Both the position numbers and the translations under genes were made by a program. A stretch of 64,000 nucleotides of DNA, from the sequence record MK817115.1; one strand, written 5' to 3'. Below are positions 9,526 through 18,988 of this stretch, piece after piece; within the stretch, counting starts at the first letter, position 1, and each line of letters begins with the position of its first letter. The notes beneath the pieces were generated by a model. That model was given only the letters and a program-made list of their open reading frames with translations, did no database searches and was not told where the DNA came from.

Positions 9526-11490
9526 ATGAGTATAAATCGAATTAGAGGTGATGGTGGTGTAATTATTGATAGTAAATCTTTTTTAGAGTTACCGAAAGCA
9601 CCATCAAAAGAAACCGCTGATGTAATAAGATCAGGGATGATTAGATACAATAAGGAATGGAAATCATTTGAAGGTGTTCTGGATTTTGAAGATGGTACTA
9701 TGGCATATCGCCGCTTTGCAAACTTAGATGCAAATGGTAAACTTCTTACTTCCCAATTACCAGATTCAGTAACTAGTGGTTTACAGTTTGTTGGTACATA
9801 CAATCCTATCCCAGATGATATTGATCCACCTTTAGCACAAACACCACTACCAGCACCAGCAGCATCACTAAATGGTGATTATTATGTTGTTCGTGGTATT
9901 ATGGATGCAGCACAAGCACACTTTGAAGCAAATAACCCACAAACAAGTCCGGTTACATTTACACCTACGAACCCAACTGGTCAAGGTAATTGGATTGAAA
10001 TTTTATATTATGTTGACTCCAATCCAAATATATCTGGTGCTAAACTTGTAACATACGCTTTTGCAAGAATTATTACTGCATCTATTCCTAGTACTGGTCA
10101 TGATGGTCTTAAAAATTTAGCAACAGATGCTGACTTAACCAAACCATTTGCTTCAGGCGTTCCAATGAACCAAACCGCACTATCAGATGGTGATTGGATC
10201 ATTATAACTGAAGATAAAAACATACGTCTACGCCAGTCAAGAACAAGCATTTCTGCTGCTTCTGTATTATATGACAATACAGTAATGATTGCAAACCATC
10301 GTCAATTTAGAACAAACGCAGGAACCGTACAAACATCCATAGATAACGTTGTGATTGAATGTTTACGTAGAACTGGTGATTCCATGTATAATGATGGAAC
10401 AAGCGGCTCAGGGCGTTTTGGTGTGGTCTATGGTAGTGCAGCAGCACCAGCATTGACATTTAATAACAATCCATTTGATCCAACCAATAACCCAGGTAAT
10501 GATCCTGCAAAATGGTCAGACGCTAATACTGGTATATTTCATCCAGCCGATGACGCAATTGGGTTCAGTACTGCTGGAACTGAACGTATTAGAATTAATA
10601 ATTCAACATTAACATTATACCAAACAACTTCAACCCCAGCATCAACCCCAGTACTAAGATTTGATAATGCAACCAATACTAATGTTGGACTAAGTGCTAG
10701 TAGTAATATTATTTCATTTAGTTCAATGAATAAAGTACAAGTTGAATTTAAAAATGGTGAAAGTGCGTTTCATGGTAATATTGTGGTTGATGGTACAAGT
10801 ACATTGACTGGTGATACATCAGCTAGTAATATCACTGCTAGTGGTAATTTGAACATTCAAGGTAATACTACATTAGGCGATGCTGCATCTGATACAATTA
10901 CAGTTAATGGAGTTAGTACGTTTACAGCAAACACTAATTTCAATGGAACAACTAATAAATTTAAAAATATAAATCTATTAGCTAATGGTATAATTACATT
11001 AGAAAGTACTACTAATCAAAGTACAATCCAATTAGTTAGTTCTGATTTAAAACTATCAATGGGTAATTATGCTGATGTAAGTATCTATGATAATGGAACT
11101 ATAAGAACACGTTTTAATAGATATGGTATCCAATTACCAGTACTAGCTACTATTGATAACTCTGTTGGCGTTGATGGTATGATTGCATACTCCAATACCG
11201 AGCGTACTTCAATGCAAAAAGTTCAAGGTCAATGGGTTCCAATTGGTTCAGGTTCAGTGAGAACCGATGCTTTTACAATTTCATCTTGGGTATTAAGTGG
11301 TAACTACTACACCCTTACTGTAACAGCCTCAAACATCGTCACAGCAGAGATACAGGAACAGGTTAGTCCTGGTGTCTATACTCGTGTTGAGGTCGATAGC
11401 GTTACGTTTAACGGCACTAACGTAGTGTTTAGTATACCTTCAACTCCTGATGTACGTTTCGACGGAAGAACATTGGTAACAATTAGATAA
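9526..11490 (+). CDS. Virion structural protein (tail fibre/baseplate-associated), 654 aa
   Basis: GAGG RBS with TAAATA upstream. GMIRYN..FEG and GDAASDTITVN fibre-type motifs; the latter is shared with the 1841-aa protein. Confidence 0.55.
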   Translation: MSINRIRGDGGVIIDSKSFLELPKAPSKETADVIRSGMIRYNKEWKSFEGVLDFEDGTMAYRRFANLDANGKLLTSQLPDSVTSGLQFVGTYNPIPDDIDPPLAQTPLPAPAASLNGDYYVVRGIMDAAQAHFEANNPQTSPVTFTPTNPTGQGNWIEILYYVDSNPNISGAKLVTYAFARIITASIPSTGHDGLKNLATDADLTKPFASGVPMNQTALSDGDWIIITEDKNIRLRQSRTSISAASVLYDNTVMIANHRQFRTNAGTVQTSIDNVVIECLRRTGDSMYNDGTSGSGRFGVVYGSAAAPALTFNNNPFDPTNNPGNDPAKWSDANTGIFHPADDAIGFSTAGTERIRINNSTLTLYQTTSTPASTPVLRFDNATNTNVGLSASSNIISFSSMNKVQVEFKNGESAFHGNIVVDGTSTLTGDTSASNITASGNLNIQGNTTLGDAASDTITVNGVSTFTANTNFNGTTNKFKNINLLANGIITLESTTNQSTIQLVSSDLKLSMGNYADVSIYDNGTIRTRFNRYGIQLPVLATIDNSVGVDGMIAYSNTERTSMQKVQGQWVPIGSGSVRTDAFTISSWVLSGNYYTLTVTASNIVTAEIQEQVSPGVYTRVEVDSVTFNGTNVVFSIPSTPDVRFDGRTLVTIR

Positions 11491-11491
11491 T

Positions 11492-11521
11492 AAAAAAGGG
11501 AGAACTGATGTTCTCCCTTTT
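11492..11521. terminator. Bidirectional Rho-independent terminator between convergent genes
   Basis: AAAAAAGGGAGAAC-TGAT-GTTCTCCCTTTT between the + strand structural operon and the minus-strand thyA. Confidence 0.85.
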
Positions 11522-11524
11522 CGT

Positions 11525-12454
11525 TTATACAGCCATAGGTGCTTTAATTGTTGGCATTGGGTTGTAATTCACTAATTTAAAAGAATCCATAGTGAAATCT
11601 TCAATATTAGTAATTGTAGGATCAAGCCACAATTCAGGTAATTCACGAGGTTTTCGCTGTAGTTGTTCTTTTACTTGTTCAACGTGGTTTTTATAAATGT
11701 GACAATCACCACCATTCCAAATAAATTCACCAACATCTAAACCAGTAATTTGTGCAATCATATGAGTTAGTAGTGAGTAACTACTGATATTAAATGGAAC
11801 TCCTAAAAATAGATCAGCGGAGCGTTGATGCAGAATACAGCTTAGTTTTCCTTGCACTACACAAAATTGCACAAAGCTATGACAAGGTGGTAACGTCATA
11901 TCATCAAGCTCACCAACGTTCCATGCACTTAGAATGTGGCGACGGCCATATGGATCGGACTTTATACCTTTGATTAGTTCTTGTAATTGGTCAGTTGTAC
12001 GTTTCATAACAACACCATGTGAACCAGTATAATCGATAACTTTGTATCCTTTATCTTTTAATTCTTGAATTTCTTCAGTACTGGAACTAAATTTATAATC
12101 TTCCCATTCACGCCATTGCTTACCATACACTGGACCTAACTCACCATCAGTATAACCAAGAGCAACGCCTTGATTTAGGTAATTATCTGTCCAAATAGTT
12201 TTCTTTTCTGTATCACGAGTTCCATGCAAAATTTCACAAAGGCGACGCTCATCATGGGAACCTTCAATAAACCATAGTAATTCTGAAGTCATTGCTTTCC
12301 AAGCTAGACGTTTTGTCGTCACTGCTGGGAAACCATCTTTAAGGTCAAAACGCATTTGTTGACCGATAAGTTTGATTGTTCCAACACCAGTACGGTCAAC
12401 GCTTTCTACGCCTTCATCTAGAATTTTTTGATATAGTTCTTGTAGTTGTTTCAT
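11525..12454 (-). CDS. thyA: Thymidylate synthase (ThyA type)
   Basis: DRTGVGT, FPAVTTKRL, LGPVYGKQWR, catalytic LPPCH, QRSADLFLGVPFN and GDCHIYKNH motifs. Confidence 0.98.
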   Translation of the reverse strand: MKQLQELYQKILDEGVESVDRTGVGTIKLIGQQMRFDLKDGFPAVTTKRLAWKAMTSELLWFIEGSHDERRLCEILHGTRDTEKKTIWTDNYLNQGVALGYTDGELGPVYGKQWREWEDYKFSSSTEEIQELKDKGYKVIDYTGSHGVVMKRTTDQLQELIKGIKSDPYGRRHILSAWNVGELDDMTLPPCHSFVQFCVVQGKLSCILHQRSADLFLGVPFNISSYSLLTHMIAQITGLDVGEFIWNGGDCHIYKNHVEQVKEQLQRKPRELPELWLDPTITNIEDFTMDSFKLVNYNPMPTIKAPMAV

Positions 12455-13047
12455 TATTCTTCCTTGAAAAATGTAATAAAATGTTCCATATGTTTTTCGG
12501 TGGCATTGCGTGAACCAATACCAGTCCAGTTACCATGTGGTGCTGGAACGACGAATGTTTGTGTGAACTCTTTCAGTACTGTATCGAAATAAAATACTGA
12601 ACGTGAATTCATATCATAACAATAAATTTCAGGATTTTCAACTGAATCCATATACATCTGTACTGCCCATGCAGTACCACCACTTACCTTAGTTGGTGAT
12701 GTGATATTTGCAATACAATATATTCTTTCTGTATTAAGTATCTGATAACTATTCCTTGCAAGTAAGTTGTAAACATAAGAACCAGGCTTTGGTACTTTTC
12801 GCTGCAACGAGTAACATGCAATGTTTAGTTGATTTAATATAGAAATATCAGATAGAATATTGGATGGTATTTCTAATATAGTACTTTCATCTACACTATG
12901 CTCATGACCTTTGAATGAAAAATTAATAACTTCAAATCCATTATTTTTTGCATAGATAGAAAAAAGGCGGTCAGCACCTGCTGCCCCGCCACTAAAACAT
13001 ACATTAGATAAACCTTTAATTGCTTCATCTAATTCATTCTTTTTCAT
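12454..13047 (-). CDS. Standalone SLOG-superfamily (DprA/LOG/YpsA-like) nucleotide-binding protein
   Basis: SGGAAGAD glycine loop near the N-terminus, later SGGTAWAV and TGIGSR motifs. Confidence 0.65.
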   Translation of the reverse strand: MKKNELDEAIKGLSNVCFSGGAAGADRLFSIYAKNNGFEVINFSFKGHEHSVDESTILEIPSNILSDISILNQLNIACYSLQRKVPKPGSYVYNLLARNSYQILNTERIYCIANITSPTKVSGGTAWAVQMYMDSVENPEIYCYDMNSRSVFYFDTVLKEFTQTFVVPAPHGNWTGIGSRNATEKHMEHFITFFKEE

Positions 13048-13050
13048 ATT

Positions 13051-13707
13051 TTATTTTGCTTTACGTTCTGCAAATAGTTGTTTTACTTTCTCAATAGCTT
13101 TAGTCTGTGAAATACCTTCTGGAATTTCTAGATAAATTGTTTTACTATCTTTCGGTTGTTCAACAACTTGTGTTTGCGGACGCAAGCTTGGCTCTAAATT
13201 GTATGCACGTTCATAATGTTCTTTAGCCAGTTGTTCATATTTTTGTGCATCAGAGAGAAGTTTTTCTACAATAGTAGCTTCTTCTACTTTAGTGTCTGCT
13301 TCTTGTGGATTGAATGGGTTAAAGTCTTTTACTTTACCATCTTCTTGTACTTTCGCTTGATTTTCATCTAATGCTTTGTTTAGAACATCAAGAGAAATTT
13401 TATTATTACCACCAGTGTGCATATCAATGTCACAAGTACGAACGCGACGTAGATGTTGCATGTTGTGTAGAACATCTAGCATTTTGCGTCCATCGAGATA
13501 ACCAATTTTATGCATTACTTCCCACAAATCAATATTAGATTGACCATGACCCATAACAATATCAGTTACTGCGTGAACATATGCTTCTGGTAGTGAATCA
13601 CGATAAACGATAAGGCAGTGTTCAGGATCATCTGGTAGTGAACGCCAAACAACAAAAACACGAGAACCTGTATTACGCATTACACCAACATGACGAATAG
13701 CTGCCAT
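13051..13707 (-). CDS. Conserved large-phage hypothetical protein
   Basis: 218-aa ORF with GGAG RBS and typical codon usage. Confidence 0.6.
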   Translation of the reverse strand: MAAIRHVGVMRNTGSRVFVVWRSLPDDPEHCLIVYRDSLPEAYVHAVTDIVMGHGQSNIDLWEVMHKIGYLDGRKMLDVLHNMQHLRRVRTCDIDMHTGGNNKISLDVLNKALDENQAKVQEDGKVKDFNPFNPQEADTKVEEATIVEKLLSDAQKYEQLAKEHYERAYNLEPSLRPQTQVVEQPKDSKTIYLEIPEGISQTKAIEKVKQLFAERKAK

Positions 13708-13709
13708 AA

Positions 13710-13955
13710 TTATTCTCCTTTATCTTCTTGAGTTTCACTATCTTGTGATTCAGCTTCTTCTTTAGCTGCATCTTCTTGTGCTTTAATATCTTCAAGAGCT
13801 ACATTTGCAAAAGAAACAAATTTAGATACAACTGGAGCAACCTCAACAAGTTCTTCAACTTTAAAGGTGTTTCGTGCAACAGCAGCTTCCATGATTTTTG
13901 CAGCATTGATTAGGTCTAGAAGGGTTAGTTGAATTTGATTATTTTCTTGTTCCAT
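13710..13955 (-). CDS. Small hypothetical protein with acidic tail
   Basis: ORF 13710..13970; a GGAG RBS favours the start at MEQENN (13955), downstream of the promoter at 13990. Confidence 0.6.
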   Translation of the reverse strand: MEQENNQIQLTLLDLINAAKIMEAAVARNTFKVEELVEVAPVVSKFVSFANVALEDIKAQEDAAKEEAESQDSETQEDKGE

Positions 13956-13989
13956 TTTAATACTCTCCATGTATATTGGTACATTAACT

Positions 13990-14018
13990 ATTATATCATA
14001 TTTTTATAAGTTGTCCCA
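13990..14018 (-). promoter_or_regulatory. Promoter, TGGGACA-N16-TATAAT class
   Basis: Minus strand TGGGACA acttataaaaatatga TATAAT. Confidence 0.7.
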
Positions 14019-14024
14019 CTTATA

Positions 14025-14056
14025 AAAGAAGAGAACGGAAAATTCCGTTCTCTTTA
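14025..14056 (-). terminator. Rho-independent terminator after the vWA gene
   Basis: AAAAGAAGAGAACGGAA-AATTCCGTTCTCTTT hairpin with a U tail on the minus strand. Confidence 0.7.
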
Positions 14057-14064
14057 TTTAGTAC

Positions 14065-15489
14065 TTAACTACGTTGACGCTTTTTATCAGCTTCATATTC
14101 GTAGTGTACAGTCTCACCAAATGGTGCAACTTTATTTGGGTTACTGTGAATCACGAACAGTGTTTTACAGTAGTTTGGATCACCCCATGACTGCCACGGT
14201 TCACCATCAGTAAACATTACAAGCTGTTTAGGCTTGTAGTTGTCGTTCTTCATATGAACCCATACTGCTTCAAAGTCAGTACCACCACCACCTTTTACTG
14301 GATATTCCAGAATCTTACGTTCTTCGCCAGTTTTGTAATCCTTTACAGTATAAACTTCAGTATCAAAAGTCATGATACGAATCTTAAACTGTTTGAATTG
14401 TTTAGTGATGCCAAGAACTTCACTAATGAAATCACGAAGCATATCTTCAGAAATAGACCCAGAAGCATCTAGTGCAATCGCAATATCAATATCATCATCT
14501 GGTTTCATCCCTGGGTAAATTGGATTACCATAGAATGAACCATTAGAACCAAAACCAGCACCCCATGAACGACGAGAAGGACTTTGATACGTTGCATCAG
14601 ACTTCAACCAACTACGAAGTGTACGTTGAAGTTTTGAACGCCAGTCAATCTTTGGTTCTTTAAAGTTGTTAATCATACGAGCGATTTCTGCTGGTGTACC
14701 ACCTGCACGTGCAGCATTCATCATTGCTGTTTTGAAATCATCCATATAATCACGTTTTTGCTGTTCACTTGAACCACCTTCTTGACCTTCTTGTGGAACG
14801 TCATGCTGGTCAATGGTAGTACCTTTTGGTTTACCCTTACCATCTTTAATATCACCAAAAGTACCGCGATTTTTACCTTCACCTTCACCGCCGCCACTTT
14901 GTGGTTGACCTTCACCTTCACCATCTTCTTTTTGTTCTTCTTCTTCAAGAAGAATGTAAATCTCTTCTGCGGTCATACCTTCATATTTTTTATCATACAA
15001 CCATGAACTTTGGATTTTTCCAATTTTCTCACGAACGATGATTTGGTTAATGGCATAATCCGCTGCACGGTTATAACGTTGTGGATCACGCATACCACGA
15101 CGAAGGAAGTGATCGTAAGCACAGTGTAGAATTTCATGACAAATTACAGCAATAAGGTTTTCATCAGTCAAACCTTCAGTCATTTCTTTTAATTGTTCGT
15201 CTGTAACTTCAGGATGCTTTTCACGAATAGCTTCTTCATATTCTTTCTTTTTAGATGGGTCTTGAATACCCATTACAAATTCTACGTTGTAGAATAGATG
15301 TTTACCATCAACTGCTAGAGTACGACACCATGTATTATTAGGAACTGGACGTAAACGTGAAGCGAGTACACCAAAGAATGGTGCAGTTAACATCAAAGAT
15401 GTACGAGCCAGAACCAGACGATCTTGACATTCTTTCTGGAGTGCCGGAGATACTTCATTGAATCTGGAAGTAGATTTGTTATCTGACAT
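14065..15489 (-). CDS. DUF2201-type HExxH metallopeptidase fused to a vWA domain
   Basis: TLAVDGKHLFYN, ICHEILHCAYDH (HExxH), N.A.DYAINQ, acidic linker, MIDAS DASGS, GGGGTDF and FTDG. Confidence 0.9.
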   Translation of the reverse strand: MSDNKSTSRFNEVSPALQKECQDRLVLARTSLMLTAPFFGVLASRLRPVPNNTWCRTLAVDGKHLFYNVEFVMGIQDPSKKKEYEEAIREKHPEVTDEQLKEMTEGLTDENLIAVICHEILHCAYDHFLRRGMRDPQRYNRAADYAINQIIVREKIGKIQSSWLYDKKYEGMTAEEIYILLEEEEQKEDGEGEGQPQSGGGEGEGKNRGTFGDIKDGKGKPKGTTIDQHDVPQEGQEGGSSEQQKRDYMDDFKTAMMNAARAGGTPAEIARMINNFKEPKIDWRSKLQRTLRSWLKSDATYQSPSRRSWGAGFGSNGSFYGNPIYPGMKPDDDIDIAIALDASGSISEDMLRDFISEVLGITKQFKQFKIRIMTFDTEVYTVKDYKTGEERKILEYPVKGGGGTDFEAVWVHMKNDNYKPKQLVMFTDGEPWQSWGDPNYCKTLFVIHSNPNKVAPFGETVHYEYEADKKRQRS

Positions 15490-15563
15490 GTATATTTCCT
15501 CGTTTAGTTAAGATAAAAGAAGGATACCATTAGGCATCCTTCTTGTCAACAACTCTTTGTTAA

Positions 15564-16889
15564 TTAGCCAAGAGAGCGTGCTTTACGTACAAGTTCAGAG
15601 TACTTAGCGATGAAATCTTTAAACGCTGGTACATCTTTAATGGAAATCGCAACCTTATGAAGCGTGATGGTACGAATTGCCAGTACTGCCAGTTCTGCTT
15701 GAGTTGCAGAGAAGTTATGGTCTAGGAAGGTGATGAAGTTGTTACACAGTTTACCCCATTCTTCCACTGGTAGACGTTGTTCTTGCTTCTCATTGAACAG
15801 GTCGATAATTTTATAAACCAAGTTCAGAGTGATAAAGTAGTTCGCAGAAATATCCAGCGTTGCGTCGATTTCTTTGATTTCACCAGACAGAATAGACATA
15901 GTATCTGGTAGTTTAGCAACGTTCTCAACGTACTCAATGTATTCAGTTGCAACACCTTCACCAACACGACCAGCAATCATTGCACGGAACACTTCTTTAT
16001 CAATTGTCTTAGTTTTCTTGAGATCTTCGTAGCGTGCTACTGCTTCCCATGAACGTGGAGAAGTACCACCACTGTGAGAAGGATCTTGTGGACTAAGTGT
16101 GTTAAAGTACTTAGAACCAGTGTTGTTGATGAACGCAACAGTTGCTGGGTTCAAACGTTTTGCAATCGCATAATCGTTAATCCAATCTTGATGATAAGGA
16201 ATCATCTCAATGTGAGTCATACGGTCACGCAGTGGTGTAGCAAGAGAGAAAGTTACACCGCCATCAGTTTCACGGTTACCTGCTGCAAGAATCAGTGCAG
16301 TCTTAGGTAGCTTCATCTCACCAACACAACGGTCGAGGATTAGCTGATAAGACGCTGCCTGAACAATAGGCATTGCAGAGTTAATTTCGTCAAACAGAAT
16401 AACACCTTTCCAATCTTCGGACAATTTCAGAACTTTAGGTGCAGCCCATACTACCGCAGTTTCAGCTACATAATCTTTTGCTTCGGCAAGCTCAGATTCT
16501 TTCAGAAGAGAACCGTCAGTTTTACGGAAAAGCTTCTCTGGTACTGGAATACCGCGAAGGTCACTTGGTTCGATTTGAGACAAACGGAAATCGATAAAGT
16601 TAGTATCTTGGTCGATTAGTTTTGCTTCAAATGCAGCCAGTTCACGGCGTAGCTGATCAGCATTTTCAGGGTCAGCTTCGATTTGTTGTTTCATGAACTC
16701 GATTTTAGCTACGTTATCTTTACGCAGTGGGTAATTTTCATCAGCGTATTGACGAGCGATTGCAGACTTACCGATACCTGGGCTACCCCAAATCATCAGG
16801 CTATCTTGAATCATGTCAGCTAGTGCCATTGCTTCTTTAGCTTTCTTTGGAGTCAGTTTAACGTTCAGGATATCGTTTTGAGTAGTCAT
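15564..16889 (-). CDS. MoxR/dynein-related AAA+ ATPase
   Basis: Walker A GSPGIGKS, Walker B ILFDEINSA, AAGNR sensor, LRDRMTH arginine finger and SPRSWE. Confidence 0.92.
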   Translation of the reverse strand: MTTQNDILNVKLTPKKAKEAMALADMIQDSLMIWGSPGIGKSAIARQYADENYPLRKDNVAKIEFMKQQIEADPENADQLRRELAAFEAKLIDQDTNFIDFRLSQIEPSDLRGIPVPEKLFRKTDGSLLKESELAEAKDYVAETAVVWAAPKVLKLSEDWKGVILFDEINSAMPIVQAASYQLILDRCVGEMKLPKTALILAAGNRETDGGVTFSLATPLRDRMTHIEMIPYHQDWINDYAIAKRLNPATVAFINNTGSKYFNTLSPQDPSHSGGTSPRSWEAVARYEDLKKTKTIDKEVFRAMIAGRVGEGVATEYIEYVENVAKLPDTMSILSGEIKEIDATLDISANYFITLNLVYKIIDLFNEKQEQRLPVEEWGKLCNNFITFLDHNFSATQAELAVLAIRTITLHKVAISIKDVPAFKDFIAKYSELVRKARSLG

Positions 16890-16929
16890 GTATATATTTC
16901 CTTTTGTTGGATAAAATCGTTTAAGTTTC

Positions 16930-16958
16930 TATTATAGCCAATCCGTGGGCAAAAGTAA
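16930..16958 (-). promoter_or_regulatory. sigma70-like promoter immediately upstream of the AAA ATPase
   Basis: Minus strand TTTACT-N17-TATAAT. Confidence 0.5.
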
Positions 16959-17058
16959 AGGAACTGTGTTAAAATAATTTAACTTATCAGTTCCTTTGTT
17001 ACTTCATGAATCATCCGTGTGTTTAAAAGGTAAATCTCTTTGCTGTCTTGATGTGAAC

Positions 17059-17086
17059 ATTATATCACATCGTTTCAACTTGTCAA
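17059..17086 (-). promoter_or_regulatory. Promoter TTGACA-N16-TATAAT with extended -10 (copy 1 of tandem pair)
   Basis: Minus strand TTGACA agttgaaacgatgtga TATAAT. Confidence 0.8.
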
Positions 17087-17152
17087 TCACTTTTTTTCTT
17101 TTTTTTTCAAACTCACATCTTGTGTCGCTTGAAAACTTTATGTCTGATGCTT

Positions 17153-17180
17153 ATTGTATCACATCATTCTATCTTGTCAA
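17153..17180 (-). promoter_or_regulatory. Promoter TTGACA-N16-TACAAT (copy 2 of tandem pair)
   Basis: Minus strand TTGACA agatagaatgatgtga TACAAT; degenerate duplicate 94 bp from copy 1. Confidence 0.75.
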
Positions 17181-17204
17181 CATTTATTTTTAATTCATTT
17201 TTTC

Positions 17205-17585
17205 TTACATATGAATAGAAAATAACTGTTTAAAATCGTCACAACACAATGTTAATTCAGTTATTATCATTGCATCTGTCAGATATATGTACTGACCTTC
17301 AACATAATAAGGTGAAGTACATATTCTGTCAAGTGATGTAAACATTATAGAACTTTTAAATTCTCTTTGCAAGGGGATTTTTGTAAATTCATAAAGATTA
17401 TTTTCTTTACAAATTCCATACCCAAACTTGCTAAGACGTAAACCACCGCCAGTTCTGAAATTTTCAAAAATTGACATCAGAAGCATACGGTCTGTTATTT
17501 CTGAATCTGATTCATGTACTTCCCTAACTTTGGAAAGTACATTATTTTGATATTCAGTACTGTTATGTGATGGTTCTGGAAACAT
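17205..17585 (-). CDS. Hypothetical protein
   Basis: 126-aa ORF in a tightly packed operon. Confidence 0.55.
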   Translation of the reverse strand: MFPEPSHNSTEYQNNVLSKVREVHESDSEITDRMLLMSIFENFRTGGGLRLSKFGYGICKENNLYEFTKIPLQREFKSSIMFTSLDRICTSPYYVEGQYIYLTDAMIITELTLCCDDFKQLFSIHM

Positions 17586-17588
17586 ATA

Positions 17589-17984
17589 TTAGTCTCCAAC
17601 AAAACCTTGACGTGCAGCATATGATGGTGCACCAGGCTCATTATAGTGTTGTACGCCTTCTTTGTCAATTGTTGGTCCCATACCTTCAGTTCCAAAACAA
17701 CCTGCAATGGCTTCCAACACTTCTTCATCAGCAACTTCAGTACTTTCATCATTATATCGAATGTCAGACAAAATGTCACAGGCTTTTTGTAGTTTATCTA
17801 CAATTTCTTTTTGGTCTTCACCAGATTTAATCTTATCAACAATATCAATAAGACATTTGGTAATATCCTTAAGAACATCAACTGCTACAACATCGGATTC
17901 AACTTCAACTGAAAAACTTTCGTCTTCATCTCTTCCGGTAATTTCGTCTAACGCTTCAACTAGTTCACGATAATTATATTGCAT
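17589..17984 (-). CDS. Acidic hypothetical protein (probably morphogenesis)
   Basis: 131 aa, GGAG RBS, operon context. Confidence 0.55.
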   Translation of the reverse strand: MQYNYRELVEALDEITGRDEDESFSVEVESDVVAVDVLKDITKCLIDIVDKIKSGEDQKEIVDKLQKACDILSDIRYNDESTEVADEEVLEAIAGCFGTEGMGPTIDKEGVQHYNEPGAPSYAARQGFVGD

Positions 17985-17985
17985 A

Positions 17986-18966
17986 TTATTTGTCTCCTAA
18001 AAATTTCTTGTATTTTTCTTGGAGACTTTCAAAAATATCTTCTACTTCTTCATCAGAATCATCTTCCAAGTCAATGTTACCTTCAGGTGAATCATCTTCT
18101 TCACTTTCATTAACATTTAGTGGGTTATCTCCTAATGCAGTGCCTGGGAATTTTGGTTCAAATTTATGAACACGATTTTCGTTCCCTTCATTATCATAAT
18201 ACTCAGGTTCTGGACGATTGTCAAGATCTTCATCTACAACACGTCTCCAATAAAATTGATTGCCTTTTGCAATTACAACAAAATGGTCACCTTCAACACC
18301 ATTAGTCTTTAGTTGACCATCACGAACGGCATCAGCTTCTGTTTCATATGGACCATAATCAGTACTGTTAGATGGTTCTTCATCTTCAGAGATACTTAGA
18401 TCTGGTAGAAATTGGGTATCTTTCATTTCTTTATCGGTAGCAGGATTACCCTCTACTGAAAAATCTTCGTCTTCTTCTTCGTTAATACCAGCAAGAGATA
18501 GCATACGACTAAAATCGAATTCTTCTTCAATAATTTCTTCTTCTTCCTCATCGTCTTCTTCAACTGATTCTAGTTGAGGTTGACCACTAAGGTCAAGAGA
18601 AAAATCTTCTTCACCTTCTACACCTGGTTCTGAAAATTCAGCATCCATACTAACTTCATCTGTGTCAGCACCAAAATCACCAACATCAGCGGAAAGATCA
18701 TCAACTGCCGCTGCTAGTGGGTCTTCAACTGAAGTTTCAATTCCACCAATTTCTTCTTCAGCACCAATAGAATCGAGATCTAGTGGAGCAATAGGTGGAA
18801 GAGATGGAGTCATAGACCCCATAGATGGTACTGGAGCAGCAACTACTGGGTCTTGGCGTTCAGCTTGACCAGCAAGAGCTAACATACGTGATAGAGTTTC
18901 CAAATCATCAGATTCTAAACCTGCGATATCGATTTTAACTTGTGCTTCATTAATTTTTTTAGCCAT
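17986..18966 (-). CDS. Highly acidic protein, possible prohead core/scaffold or internal protein
   Basis: 326 aa, very D/E-rich, lies in the late structural operon; function is inference. Confidence 0.5.
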   Translation of the reverse strand: MAKKINEAQVKIDIAGLESDDLETLSRMLALAGQAERQDPVVAAPVPSMGSMTPSLPPIAPLDLDSIGAEEEIGGIETSVEDPLAAAVDDLSADVGDFGADTDEVSMDAEFSEPGVEGEEDFSLDLSGQPQLESVEEDDEEEEEIIEEEFDFSRMLSLAGINEEEDEDFSVEGNPATDKEMKDTQFLPDLSISEDEEPSNSTDYGPYETEADAVRDGQLKTNGVEGDHFVVIAKGNQFYWRRVVDEDLDNRPEPEYYDNEGNENRVHKFEPKFPGTALGDNPLNVNESEEDDSPEGNIDLEDDSDEEVEDIFESLQEKYKKFLGDK

Positions 18967-18988
18967 TTTAAATAAATCCTTTTAGTTA

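Noticed and set aside
16960-17050. Short 11-codon ORF (MIHEVTKELIS) under the tandem promoters
   Set aside because: Too short and without a clear RBS; more likely leader sequence
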